Source: a virus
Lineage: Duplodnaviria > Caudoviricetes
Length of the DNA: 64,000 nt
IMG/VR virus record: IMGVR_UViG_3300037193_001172
Span: 740 to 64,739 of that record
Direction: 5' to 3' (one strand)
Position 1 is the first letter of the stretch. Each line of letters begins with the position of its first letter. The translations under genes and the position numbers were made by a program. This document shows, one piece after another, positions 41,700 to 51,375 of the stretch. Below the pieces are notes generated by a model that saw nothing but the letters and a program-made list of their open reading frames with translations, had not been told where the DNA came from and did no database searches.

Positions 41700-41710
41700 G
41701 GCGAAGCTCC

Positions 41711-42664
41711 TTATTGGAGGGAGTTGAGCATCTGCTGCGCCCTCTGGCGGTCAGCAGGGTTACGCGATCGGGACAAGGCTTTCGCCTCGTTCAACTTGGC
41801 CTGGGTCTCAGCTTCGGTCAGCTTCGGCTTCGGCTCTCTGCGCATATGCCCGCCGAGACCAGTCTTGGGGTCGGCGGGTCGCTTGTTCCGTTCCTTGAAC
41901 TTCACGATGCGCTTGGAAACGATCTTGGCGTAACGGTCAACTTCCTCGGTGCTCTTTGCATTGAGCAGCGAGTTCACCACGCTATCGATATCGTTTTCGT
42001 CTTCCTTCACCCAGGCGATGAATTCCGGGTCGTGGGTCAGAGCACCGAGCTGGTGCAGGCCCCGAGCCGGATCGTTCAACACCTGAGCACGGTAGTTCTC
42101 GACCTTCTTGGCTTCGCGTTCCTCCACCACGCGCAGAGCCTCGGAACGAACATCGAGCTTCGGTGCACGACGCTTGGCGATGCTATCCGCCAGCTTCACG
42201 ACGGTGCTGAGCAACGAAGGCTCGATGGCTTCGATCTCTTCCGGCGTCAGAACTTCCGCCGGATCGAAGGTATTGTTGGCAGATTCCAGCTGTGCACGCA
42301 AGGCGTCGATCTGCTGGTTCAACTCCTGCTCACGTGCCAGCCGCGCAGTCTCCGACTTCTGCCAGAGCGTCTGATACTCGGCCGCCTGCTGTTGGCTGGG
42401 TGCAGCGCGGCCGTTGGCCGCTTCGAGCTGGCGTTGCAGCGCCTTGATCTGCTCGCGCAGACTCGGTTCGTCACCGGTGTCACCGGCGCCGCGGCCGTCG
42501 TCGTTGTCGGGGTCATCGTTGCCGCCGCGATCGTCGTCGTCATCGTCGTCGTTGGCGCCGCCGGCTCCGCCTCCGTCATCCATCGGCGTTCCGTCCGGAT
42601 TGAATCCGGCCAGGGCGAGTTTGCGGGCTTCACGTTGCTTGGCGAGTTCGAGAGCGGTAGGCAT
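41711..42664 (-). CDS. Capsid scaffolding protein
   Basis: Acidic Asp/Gly N-terminus, coiled coil, immediately upstream of the capsid gene. Confidence 0.75.
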   Translation of the reverse strand: MPTALELAKQREARKLALAGFNPDGTPMDDGGGAGGANDDDDDDDRGGNDDPDNDDGRGAGDTGDEPSLREQIKALQRQLEAANGRAAPSQQQAAEYQTLWQKSETARLAREQELNQQIDALRAQLESANNTFDPAEVLTPEEIEAIEPSLLSTVVKLADSIAKRRAPKLDVRSEALRVVEEREAKKVENYRAQVLNDPARGLHQLGALTHDPEFIAWVKEDENDIDSVVNSLLNAKSTEEVDRYAKIVSKRIVKFKERNKRPADPKTGLGGHMRREPKPKLTEAETQAKLNEAKALSRSRNPADRQRAQQMLNSLQ

Positions 42665-42687
42665 TTTCTTCTCCGGTGAGCAAGGTG

Positions 42688-42921
42688 TCAGGCGGGTCGT
42701 TCGGGAGCCGCCGAAGGCATCTTGGTGATATCGGCCACGAACTTCTCGACACCTTCAGCCATCCCTGATTGCCGGATGATCTGGGCGGCGTCGTTCGTGT
42801 TGTAGGTCTTGCGGAAAGCGACGTTGAAGTGGTCGACGCTGTACTCGATCAGCAGCTTCGCCAGCCGTTCGTTGACGGCCAGCTCCTTGCGGATCTCGTG
42901 TAGGCGTTGTTCGCGGGTCAT
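42688..42921 (-). CDS. Hypothetical protein (77 aa)
   Basis: TGATG coupling; QSGMAEG motif typical of small genes near portal/scaffold. Confidence 0.65.
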   Translation of the reverse strand: MTREQRLHEIRKELAVNERLAKLLIEYSVDHFNVAFRKTYNTNDAAQIIRQSGMAEGVEKFVADITKMPSAAPERPA

Positions 42922-43076
42922 CAGCGGCGACCGCAGGACGCGCACTTCTTGACGAGCGGCGCCGGCTTGGTCGCCGAAGCCTTCGCCCGGTTGCCGTTGG
43001 TCGGCACCGTCAGGTTGCTGGTGTTGCTCCCGCTCGACTTGACGACGCGCGTCGGGGTGGTCTTGAAGTACGACAT
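42921..43076 (-). CDS. Small basic protein ending KKCASCGRR (51 aa), absent from the ORF track
   Basis: RBS AGGAG and ATG 43076; stop overlaps the next start. Confidence 0.65.
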   Translation of the reverse strand: MSYFKTTPTRVVKSSGSNTSNLTVPTNGNRAKASATKPAPLVKKCASCGRR

Positions 43077-43078
43077 GT

Positions 43079-43576
43079 TCACTCTCCTAGCAGAAAATGC
43101 CGCGGCAGCGGCGCCTCGTGATACAGCCGACCGGCTGCACTCCAGTTCCTCGTCTGCAACGCCTCGTATAGCCGGGGGAACCCCTTGACAAACGCGACGA
43201 AAGCAGATTCTTGCGATGCCCTGCCACGATACATCGCGTTGACGAACTCGTGCAAGCTGACGAACCCGGCGCGGGCATGGCCCGCGCCAGGTAGCTGGAA
43301 AAGCCCCCAGCTAGTCGCACGCCACGCGGCATCCTGGTTGAGCGTCTTGGCTTTCGCCAGCTTCTCGTGCTCGGCGTCGCCGCCGATGTAGCCGCCTGCA
43401 TTGGGATTGCTGATGTACGGGTACTTCCGATCGTACTTGCCTTGCGTGAAGCGGCTGAACAGGTGCCGGTGAAAACGAATCACCGGCTCGCCTGAAGGAA
43501 GCATCGCTTCCTCGTCTTCGGTCATGAATGCTTGGATCACCAACGGGTCCAAGTTCAGTTCCTCCGCCACATTCAT
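43079..43576 (-). CDS. DUF3380-like N-acetylmuramidase, degenerate motifs
   Basis: PVIRFHRHLF, ATSWGLFQ, AGFxSxxEFVNAM, QxxAFxAFV; ATG 43576 overlaps the upstream TGA. Confidence 0.8.
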   Translation of the reverse strand: MNVAEELNLDPLVIQAFMTEDEEAMLPSGEPVIRFHRHLFSRFTQGKYDRKYPYISNPNAGGYIGGDAEHEKLAKAKTLNQDAAWRATSWGLFQLPGAGHARAGFVSLHEFVNAMYRGRASQESAFVAFVKGFPRLYEALQTRNWSAAGRLYHEAPLPRHFLLGE

Positions 43577-46563
43577 CACAAGCACTCGTTGTTGCGGTTC
43601 AGCTGGATGCCGCCGACGCTGCCGCTGGCGACGACCGTGCCGTGGTCGCTCGCGAGCGCGATCTGGATGTTGTAGGCGTAAACATCGGTACACGTCACTG
43701 CGCACGTGTTGCCGCCGAACGTGAAGCTCTGGATCGAGCCCAGGTTCTCCCACACGCCCAGGTTCGGCGGGCCACCCATCGGATCGCCGAGCGTCATGAT
43801 GATGCGCACGTCGTAGTCGTTCGGGTCGAACGTGCCGTCCGCCCAACCCGGATCATGCAGCACCGGTGCCGAGCAGCTGTCCGACTCGGTGATCGTGCCG
43901 CTCGGGTCGAACGTGACCGTGTACGTCGGCATGTTGCCGCCGCTCGGGCCATCCTCGTTGCAGCAGCCGCCGCCCATGTCGCCGAACGCCTGGCCGAACT
44001 CGGCATCGTTGTCGGTGACGTTGCAGCAGACGGCCGCAGACGGCGTGCCGCTGATGCGCGGGTTGCTGTTGATCGCCAGGCACAGCGAAAGCGTGCTCTC
44101 GATCACGGCGTCGTCCGTCGTGTTGACGCACAGCTGGCCGGTGTTCGAGCCGATCGGGATGACGACCGACGGCGCCGCGTAGCCATGCACCGCCTGCTCG
44201 CTGCCGGACAGCGTGCTGTTGACCGTGAGCGGCGAGCCGGTGACGTTGCTGTTGAGCGTGATCGTCCAGCAGAGCGTGCCGCCTTCCTCGACCGGGCCAT
44301 CACACGTGAGACTGCTGATGGTGTGGGTCGACTCGGCCGGGTCATCGTTCTCGATGGTCACGCAGCACAGGTTCGAGGCGAGCGGGATGCGCGGCGGATC
44401 AGCCAGCGCCTGCAAGCAGAGCTGACGATCCGGTTCGCTGGTCGAGTCGGCATCGGTCTGCACCGTGACGACGCCGCCGGTGCCGCCCACCGGCACGACG
44501 AGCGGGTTGTCGCTGACGGTGTAGCTGTGCCCGATCGTCTCGTCGCCCGAGAGCACGAAGCTGATCGAGAGCGGCACGTCCGCCACCATCGGCGCGACTG
44601 TGATCGTCCAGCTGACGAGATCACCTTCGGTCGCCGTGCCGGGGCACGCGATGCTGACGGTGTAGGTCGTCGGCTCGATCGTGTCGTTGTCGATGACCGA
44701 GCAGCAGACGCCAGCCGGCACGACCGGCAGCCGCGCGCTCGTGTTGAGCGTCAGGCACAGGTCGAGATCGCCTTCCACGTCGCTGTCGTCGATCGTCGTC
44801 ACGCTGAACACGCCGACCGACGAGCCCACCGGGATCGTGACGGACGGATTCGCGTAGCCGTGCGCCACCTGCTCGGCGCCGGACAGCACGCCAGTGACCA
44901 GCAGGTTGTTGCCGGACACCGGGGCATCGAGCGTGATCTGCCACTGCACGATACCGCCCTCGACGACCGCGCCCAGGCAGGTGAAGGCAGAGACGGTGTG
45001 CGTCGAGTCCGGGGCATCGTTGTCGAGCACGTCGCAGCAGACAGGAGCGAACGGCGTGTTGGTCACGAGCGCATGCGCATTGATGCTCAGGCACAGCGAG
45101 CGCGTGCCGTCGATCACCGCATCGTTGACGGTGTTGATCGTGGCCTGGCCGCTGCTGGCACCGGGCAGGATCGTGATCGTCGGCGCCGCGTAGGCGTGGT
45201 CGCCCTGCTCGGTGCCCGAGAGCGTGGTGTTGAGCACCAGGCTGCTGCCCGAGACCGGGCCGTCGAGCGTGACCGTCCAGGTGAGCGGCTGGCCTTCGAC
45301 GACCGGGCCGTTGCACGTGACGTTGGTGATCGTGTACTCGGTATCCGGTGGCGGTGCTTCGTCGTCGGTGATCGAGCAGCACACCGGGACCAGCGGCGCC
45401 GCCGTGATGCGCGAGGACGGCAGCGCGCGGATGCACAGCGAAGTCGGGTCTTCGAGCACGGCGTCATCGGCGGTGACGACGCAGACAGTGCCGCTCGATG
45501 CGCCGACCGGGATTACTAGCACCGGTGCGATGTAGCCGTGCGCCACCTGCTCGGAACCGGAAAGCACGAAGTAGATCGTCAGCGGCTCGGCGCCTTGCAC
45601 CGGGCCATTGAGCGTCACCAGCCAGCAGACTTCGCTGCCCTCGACGCCCCCGCCGGTGCACACGATGCTCGTGATGGTGTGGCGCGATTCGCCGCACGGC
45701 TCGCCGGTGTCGATCCAGCGGATGCCGCCGCACTGGTTCGATTCCTGGCGCCGGCAGGTGTAGTTGATGCAATCGTACGAGCCGGTGGCGGTCCAGACGA
45801 GCGGATCGCCAACGACCCAGCGCGTGTCGCCGCACTGGTTGCGCTCTTCGTTCTCGACGTTGGTCGCCGAGCAGCGCGTGTTGCCGGTGGCCGTCCAGAC
45901 GACAGGGCCGCCAGCGACCCAGCGCACGCCGCCGCACGGGTTGACTTCCTGCACTTCGGTGTTGAGGCCGATGCAGCGAATATTGCCCGTGACCGTCCAG
46001 TAGACCGCCGGCTGCGTCTCCTGCGCGACCCAGCGGAAGTTGCCGCAGTTCGAGATCTGCTGGACTTCGACGGTTTCGGTCAGGTCGTCGCAGCGGATCT
46101 GCCCGGTGTCTTCCCAGGTCTCCGGCTCATCCTCGCAGCACACGGGCGGGCAGCCGCGCATCGCGTCCGTCAGGTTCGGCGTGTCGGTCTGGCTGGCCGT
46201 GACCGTGACCAGGCCAAGGTTCACGCCGTCGCCGTGGTAAACCGCGCGCAGCATCACGCCTTGCGGCGAGTCCAGCACGATCACCGGATTGCGATCGGTG
46301 AGGCGCACCGGCTGCGCAGTGTCGCTCTCGCACGTCGGGCACTGGAGCTCCTGCACTGCCAGGATCGAGGCCGCCATCGCCTCGGTGATGTAGCAGCCGC
46401 ACGCGATCGGGCGCGCACCAGGCGTGAGCGCCAGTACCTCGAACGTGACGTAGTCGCCCGGCTGCATGCCAACGGCGAAGATCGTGAGCTGTCCGCCGTC
46501 CGGAATCTGGAAGGTCGGCGATTCGTTGACGAGCGAACTGGGGCTGAAAAGGACGATGTTCAT
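43576..46563 (-). CDS. Large Cys-rich fibre/appendage protein with about 5 Calx-beta/Ig-like repeats
   Basis: Repeats of VEG..xWxxTL..PV.G...LSG.EQ..HGY......DD.V.....LCL...VCC.I.D; N-terminal WTxTGxxRC...NxCG..RW repeats. Confidence 0.8.
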   Translation of the reverse strand: MNIVLFSPSSLVNESPTFQIPDGGQLTIFAVGMQPGDYVTFEVLALTPGARPIACGCYITEAMAASILAVQELQCPTCESDTAQPVRLTDRNPVIVLDSPQGVMLRAVYHGDGVNLGLVTVTASQTDTPNLTDAMRGCPPVCCEDEPETWEDTGQIRCDDLTETVEVQQISNCGNFRWVAQETQPAVYWTVTGNIRCIGLNTEVQEVNPCGGVRWVAGGPVVWTATGNTRCSATNVENEERNQCGDTRWVVGDPLVWTATGSYDCINYTCRRQESNQCGGIRWIDTGEPCGESRHTITSIVCTGGGVEGSEVCWLVTLNGPVQGAEPLTIYFVLSGSEQVAHGYIAPVLVIPVGASSGTVCVVTADDAVLEDPTSLCIRALPSSRITAAPLVPVCCSITDDEAPPPDTEYTITNVTCNGPVVEGQPLTWTVTLDGPVSGSSLVLNTTLSGTEQGDHAYAAPTITILPGASSGQATINTVNDAVIDGTRSLCLSINAHALVTNTPFAPVCCDVLDNDAPDSTHTVSAFTCLGAVVEGGIVQWQITLDAPVSGNNLLVTGVLSGAEQVAHGYANPSVTIPVGSSVGVFSVTTIDDSDVEGDLDLCLTLNTSARLPVVPAGVCCSVIDNDTIEPTTYTVSIACPGTATEGDLVSWTITVAPMVADVPLSISFVLSGDETIGHSYTVSDNPLVVPVGGTGGVVTVQTDADSTSEPDRQLCLQALADPPRIPLASNLCCVTIENDDPAESTHTISSLTCDGPVEEGGTLCWTITLNSNVTGSPLTVNSTLSGSEQAVHGYAAPSVVIPIGSNTGQLCVNTTDDAVIESTLSLCLAINSNPRISGTPSAAVCCNVTDNDAEFGQAFGDMGGGCCNEDGPSGGNMPTYTVTFDPSGTITESDSCSAPVLHDPGWADGTFDPNDYDVRIIMTLGDPMGGPPNLGVWENLGSIQSFTFGGNTCAVTCTDVYAYNIQIALASDHGTVVASGSVGGIQLNRNNECL

Positions 46564-46570
46564 TGGCTAC

Positions 46571-47902
46571 CTACGCGATGGGGATGTTGCCGACGCGGGT
46601 TACGCCGTCCGAACCTCGGAAGGCGATCTGAATGTTGGTGTTGCTCGTGGGGTAGATAGCCATTTCACCGTTGACGTTCAGCGTCGGCACGGCGAAACCG
46701 GTTCCTGGGTACGTGTGCGGAAGACCATGCACGTGGCTGTGTTCGGTATCGACGTTACCGATGGTCGACGTGTGCGAGCCCTTGCCTTCAGCGTTGGCGC
46801 CGATGACGATCTGGTTCTCATCGGTGGCCGTCGCCGCCAGCGTATTCGAGCCGATGAAGACGCTGCTGTCGGGCTGCGTATTGGCGCCGCCGCCGACGAT
46901 GCTGTTGCCGGCCTGATAGCCAACTGCGGTGACGACGTTGGGCGCCGTTGCCGAGCCCAGCGCGATCGCACCTACGGCAGTGTTGCCGCTGTTGATCGTG
47001 TTGGCGTCGAGCGCACCGGAGCCGATCGCGGTGTTGTGGGCGCCACTCGTGTTCGCGGCAAGCGCGTTCGCACCGACCGCCGTGACGTTTGCACCGCTTG
47101 TATGTGCGGTGAGCGCGTTGTAGCCCACGGCCGTTGCCGCGAGCGCAGTGCTGTTCGCCAGCGCACTGGCGCCCACGGCCGTCGAGTTGTTGGCCGCTAC
47201 GTTGGCCCCCAACGCGTTGTAGCCCATCGCCGTGTTGCCATTGCCTTGCGTGTTCGACGCCAACGCCCCGCGGCCGACAGCAGAGTTCCGCGTGCCGATA
47301 GTGTTCGAGAACAGCGTCTCGACGCCGAAAGCGGAATTCTCGTCACCCGTGGTGTTCGAGCTGAGCGCATACGCGCCCGCCCCGGTATTCATGAACCCTT
47401 CGGTGTTCGCGTCCAGCACTAGGTTGCCGAGGGCGGTGTTGTCGTTGCCGGTCGTGTTGGCCGCGAGCGTGTTGGTGCCGAACGCCGCGTTACCGGTGCC
47501 CGTTCCAGCGCCGGCCCACAGATGCAAGGCGGCGATGATGATGCGCTCGTTCTCCGGGTCGACGGTGAACCAATCCGACCCCTCGAACGTGTCGTCATCC
47601 TTGTGCCATTGCACGGAGTAGTCGGGGCCGCCTGGGATGGCTGTACCGCCAGGGCCTCCAGGCCCCGCGGCGATCGCGGCTTCCATCTGCGCGCACGACG
47701 GGACTGCGGCGCCTGCCGCGTGCGGGTTGCCATCGCAGTCGACCAGGCCGCTCGTGCCGACGGCGTTCTCGATCTCTCGCTCGATGCGCTCGACCATCTG
47801 CTCGCACGTCGGCACCTGGGCCGTCGGTGAGAGTGGGTAGCCGTTGCAGTCGCGCAGCTGCCAGTCGCTGGCCGGGCGGGCACAAGGCGGTTTGCAGCTC
47901 AT
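46571..47902 (-). CDS. Tail fibre/adhesin with 14-aa beta-roll repeats
   Basis: About 12 tandem NTAxGxxALxxNTxG repeats. Confidence 0.8.
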   Translation of the reverse strand: MSCKPPCARPASDWQLRDCNGYPLSPTAQVPTCEQMVERIEREIENAVGTSGLVDCDGNPHAAGAAVPSCAQMEAAIAAGPGGPGGTAIPGGPDYSVQWHKDDDTFEGSDWFTVDPENERIIIAALHLWAGAGTGTGNAAFGTNTLAANTTGNDNTALGNLVLDANTEGFMNTGAGAYALSSNTTGDENSAFGVETLFSNTIGTRNSAVGRGALASNTQGNGNTAMGYNALGANVAANNSTAVGASALANSTALAATAVGYNALTAHTSGANVTAVGANALAANTSGAHNTAIGSGALDANTINSGNTAVGAIALGSATAPNVVTAVGYQAGNSIVGGGANTQPDSSVFIGSNTLAATATDENQIVIGANAEGKGSHTSTIGNVDTEHSHVHGLPHTYPGTGFAVPTLNVNGEMAIYPTSNTNIQIAFRGSDGVTRVGNIPIA

Positions 47903-48297
47903 AGCGCGGCTCCACGCATGTATTCGGACGGGAAGGGCGTCTTGGTCTTCTCGTACGCGACGACTTGCGTCGTGAGCGGCAGCGCCAGGGTGTTGACCTG
48001 GGCGCGCAGCTTCAGGCCCTGCGGCGCATCCAGGATCACGTACGGCCGGTCACGCGTCAATGTGATCGGGTCAGCACCATAGCGCAGCGGCACTTCGTCC
48101 GTAACGCTAGGCAGCGTCACGTTGAACGGCGGGCAGATGCACGGGTCCGGAACGAAGCGGCTGATCGAGACGAGCGAGAAGGTCACGGTATCGCCGACTT
48201 CGAGACCGGACGCCGAGACAGTGAACTGCTCGCCAGGTGCGATCTCGAACGTATCCGAGATCCCGTCGAGTCGGTTGGCATCGATCAGGACGTTCAT
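47899..48297 (-). CDS. Stand-alone adaptor domain paralogous to the N-terminus of 43576-46563
   Basis: Shared TFxI..GD.VTF..C.C..PxxLT....xxLDxPQGxxLRA...TP....MRG. Confidence 0.7.
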   Translation of the reverse strand: MNVLIDANRLDGISDTFEIAPGEQFTVSASGLEVGDTVTFSLVSISRFVPDPCICPPFNVTLPSVTDEVPLRYGADPITLTRDRPYVILDAPQGLKLRAQVNTLALPLTTQVVAYEKTKTPFPSEYMRGAAL

Positions 48298-49028
48298 GCC
48301 GGCACCAGCGACACGTTGTCGATCGACACGCTACCACTCGCATCTGTCTGGATGAGAATCGTGGTGCGAGCGTCCGTCGCTGTGAAGGTTGCCGTGCGGC
48401 CAATGCCGTCGGTTGTGCTGTTGTAGATCACCTGCGTACCGGCTCCGCCGGACAGCGTGATCGTAATCAGCGCTTCGAGAGCATTGTCCGCATCGAAGGT
48501 GATCGTGTAGTTGTTGCCGTTGATGAGCGGCTGCACCAGGGGGCGTTCGAGCGGCAGGGTGTCCGTCGCTTGATGCGCTTCGCCCGCGCTGATCGACCAG
48601 CCTGAACCGAGCGTCCAGCCGGTTGCATCATCGAACGTGCCGTTGGCGACGAACTGCGCCGGTTCGGCTGCCGCAATCACCAGCGTGACTTCCAGCTCGC
48701 TGGTTTCACCTTGCGAGTCGGTGACGGTGATCGTGACGACGAACGTGCCGCTCTCGGTGGGCGTGCCGCTGATCGTGCCGGTATCCGGATCGAGCGTCAG
48801 GCCAGCAGGCAAGTCCTGCTCGCTGGTGATCTCGTAGGTGTACGGCCCGACGCCGCCGAGCGTCTGCGGCGTCCAGGTGAACGGCTCGTCCGCCGGGATC
48901 TCTTCGGGGGGTGGCGTTGCGCCGAGCTGGAGGACGAGCGGGTTGATGATGTCGCACAAGCAGCGACGATCGGCATCCTCCGGATACTGGACGATGAGCC
49001 CGTTGGTTTGCGATACGGTGCGAATCAT
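48294..49028 (-). CDS. He_PIG Ig domain plus carbohydrate-binding-like virion protein
   Basis: GGVGPYTY...LPAGLTLDPDTGTISGTPT...VTDS; NGTFD...GW...SIDNVSL. Confidence 0.8.
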   Translation of the reverse strand: MIRTVSQTNGLIVQYPEDADRRCLCDIINPLVLQLGATPPPEEIPADEPFTWTPQTLGGVGPYTYEITSEQDLPAGLTLDPDTGTISGTPTESGTFVVTITVTDSQGETSELEVTLVIAAAEPAQFVANGTFDDATGWTLGSGWSISAGEAHQATDTLPLERPLVQPLINGNNYTITFDADNALEALITITLSGGAGTQVIYNSTTDGIGRTATFTATDARTTILIQTDASGSVSIDNVSLVPA

Positions 49029-49306
49029 GATCCGAACTCCGCGATGATGGCGTTGAGGACGTTTTGGTACTTGGTGATGTTCTGCACCGGCAGATCGAGC
49101 ACCAGCGGCTCGTGCCAGTACACCGTGCGCGCGCCGTTGACCAGGCCGCCGGCCTGCACGTGGATGATGCGTGGGATGCCGTTACCGCCGACGATGCTGA
49201 GCTTCGCAGCTCCCACATCGAAACCGACGACAGTGCCCCAGGCCCTGAATCTGGTGTCGTACAGAACGTCGTTCAGCACGACGGTGCGGCCGGCGATGAC
49301 GATCAT
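49025..49306 (-). CDS. Hypothetical protein (93 aa)
   Basis: Coupled to the portal gene. Confidence 0.65.
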   Translation of the reverse strand: MIVIAGRTVVLNDVLYDTRFRAWGTVVGFDVGAAKLSIVGGNGIPRIIHVQAGGLVNGARTVYWHEPLVLDLPVQNITKYQNVLNAIIAEFGS

Positions 49307-51348
49307 AGTTGGACTCCAGGAACGGAGAGCTGGGAGGCGCCGGACGGCGCAGCGACGTTCGCGGCAGGAACTCCGCTGCGGCCATCGAGAGCGGGGACTT
49401 GAGGCCCGCCCGCGGAAGCGCCGGGGACTGCCTGCTGGGCTGCGATGGCGAGGGCATTGTCCATTTCAGGATCGGACATGCCGAGGGCATCCACGGGGAA
49501 CCCGGCCTGCTCAAGCAACTTGCGCGCAGCGTAGCGCACGACAGGCTCCGGGTAAATGCCGGTCTGCGCGCCCTGGAAGACGGCGCCGATGACCGCCTGC
49601 TGGCGATTGTTGCGCTGATCCTCTTGCAGCAGGCCCGTCATGCCGCGCACCTGGGCGCCGACATCCTGACCAGAAGCCAAATCAGGGTCCGTCTCCAGCT
49701 CGTACGCGAACAGGCTCTCGAACGTCGGCTCGATGAAGTTGATGTCCTCGATCAGCGCCGCCTGCTTGATCGTGCGCAGCGCGTTGCTCATGCGCTGGCT
49801 GTACTCGCCGAGCGAGGAACGCCCGAAGTCCTGCGCACCGTACGCGAACGCCGGCACGCCGCACTCTTCGTCGGCCTGGCGCAGAATGCCGCCGACCTGG
49901 GTGAAGATCAGGTGGTACTGCGCCGACACCATCGCCATCGGGCGGATCGGCTCGGGCATCGAGCCGGAAGTCGCGAAGCGATCCTCGACGTTGTAGTGCC
50001 GGCCGGGGTGGATGCGGCTGGCGTCAGCCGGGTTCTCGAACACGCTCGGATTGCTCATCAGCGGCGGGCGCGACGACCAGTCCATGTTGTGCTCGAATAG
50101 GTGCATGATGCGGTTCACGCGCTGCTCGCTGTCCCACAGCATCGCGCCCATGCCGATCGTGTCGTAGAGGTTGTCGCCGACCTTGTTGAACGGCGCGCCG
50201 AAGTACGAACGGTCGGCGCCTCCCGGCATCTTCAGCAGCTGACAGCGGATCGTGCGGCCGCCGCACACTTCGATGCGCGCCGACACGTAGTCGAGCGTGT
50301 CCAGGCCGTTGATGCCGTACTCGCGCAGCTCGTCGCCGCTGAAGTAGCCCTCGTGGATCAGCACCGGGATCGTGTCATCGAGCTGCCAGAACTGGTCATC
50401 GAGGTTGTCGCCGTCGATCCAGTTGCGCGTGCGGTAGGCGAACTCTTCCAGGATCTTGGTGATCTCGGACTCGAAGTAGTTTTCCTGCCGCGCCATGCCG
50501 ATCAGCTCGGCCTTCGTGACGTACGTGTACTCGGTGTTGCCGGTGTTGGTCTGGTAGTCGATCGCGTCGGCGATCGGGAAGAAATCCTTGAGCCGCACAT
50601 GGCGGAACCAGGGCACGGTGTCCCAACGCTGCTGTGCGCGCTTGCCGACGTGCTTGAGCACAGGGCGGCGGCGCCAGTCGGGGAAGCGCATGATCGAGTT
50701 GCCGTGCAGCATGCGCTCGAAGGTGAAGGGCATGTACGCCTGGCGGAAGTTGCCCTCGATCAGCCGATCGCGCATGCGACGCTGGATGACCTTGGCCGAC
50801 TGCGCGGCCGCGCTGACGATGCGCGACTGCTCCACCTGCTTGAGCGCGCGCACCTGCTCGCGCAGGAACCCCTCGACGCGACGCTGCACCTGGCCGCGTG
50901 CATCGAGCAGCAGGTTCGCGTCCACGATGCCGCTGTCGGCCATGCGCCGGCGCAACTCGTCGCGCACCTGAGCGCGGATGAAGTTGAGCGTCTGCTTGTC
51001 GAGCTCGGGCTCGGGCGTCGGACTGACGACGAACATCGAGTCGAGGTTGTTGATGACCAGATCGGAGTACCAGGCGACGCTGGCATTGACCTTCTGCGCG
51101 ACGAGCCCGTAGTAGCGACTCGGGCAGAAGCCGAACGACTCTTCCATGTCGGCCGCGTCTTGCGTCGTGTACTCGCGGCGGTACTGCTTCTCGGCGCGAT
51201 CGAGCAGGCTCTGGAAGCTCTTGCCCTGATGGACGATGTGCTGCTCGCGGTACATTTTCGCTCGACGATAGCGATCGAGCACGACTCCCGCGAGGTCATC
51301 GTGTGTTTGCTTGGGGGCAGTTACTTCGGCATCGGCCATCGTCGTCAA
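49303..51348 (-). CDS. Portal protein
   Basis: About 680 aa directly downstream of TerL; helical with Gln/Ala-rich tail. Confidence 0.8.
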   Translation of the reverse strand: MTTMADAEVTAPKQTHDDLAGVVLDRYRRAKMYREQHIVHQGKSFQSLLDRAEKQYRREYTTQDAADMEESFGFCPSRYYGLVAQKVNASVAWYSDLVINNLDSMFVVSPTPEPELDKQTLNFIRAQVRDELRRRMADSGIVDANLLLDARGQVQRRVEGFLREQVRALKQVEQSRIVSAAAQSAKVIQRRMRDRLIEGNFRQAYMPFTFERMLHGNSIMRFPDWRRRPVLKHVGKRAQQRWDTVPWFRHVRLKDFFPIADAIDYQTNTGNTEYTYVTKAELIGMARQENYFESEITKILEEFAYRTRNWIDGDNLDDQFWQLDDTIPVLIHEGYFSGDELREYGINGLDTLDYVSARIEVCGGRTIRCQLLKMPGGADRSYFGAPFNKVGDNLYDTIGMGAMLWDSEQRVNRIMHLFEHNMDWSSRPPLMSNPSVFENPADASRIHPGRHYNVEDRFATSGSMPEPIRPMAMVSAQYHLIFTQVGGILRQADEECGVPAFAYGAQDFGRSSLGEYSQRMSNALRTIKQAALIEDINFIEPTFESLFAYELETDPDLASGQDVGAQVRGMTGLLQEDQRNNRQQAVIGAVFQGAQTGIYPEPVVRYAARKLLEQAGFPVDALGMSDPEMDNALAIAAQQAVPGASAGGPQVPALDGRSGVPAANVAAPSGASQLSVPGVQL

Positions 51349-51375
51349 GCCTTGTCGGTCAGATAGATCATAGCA

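Noticed and set aside
43079-43846. ORF-track 255-aa version of the muramidase
   Set aside because: The N-terminal extension overlaps the 995-aa gene; the real start is the coupled ATG at 43576
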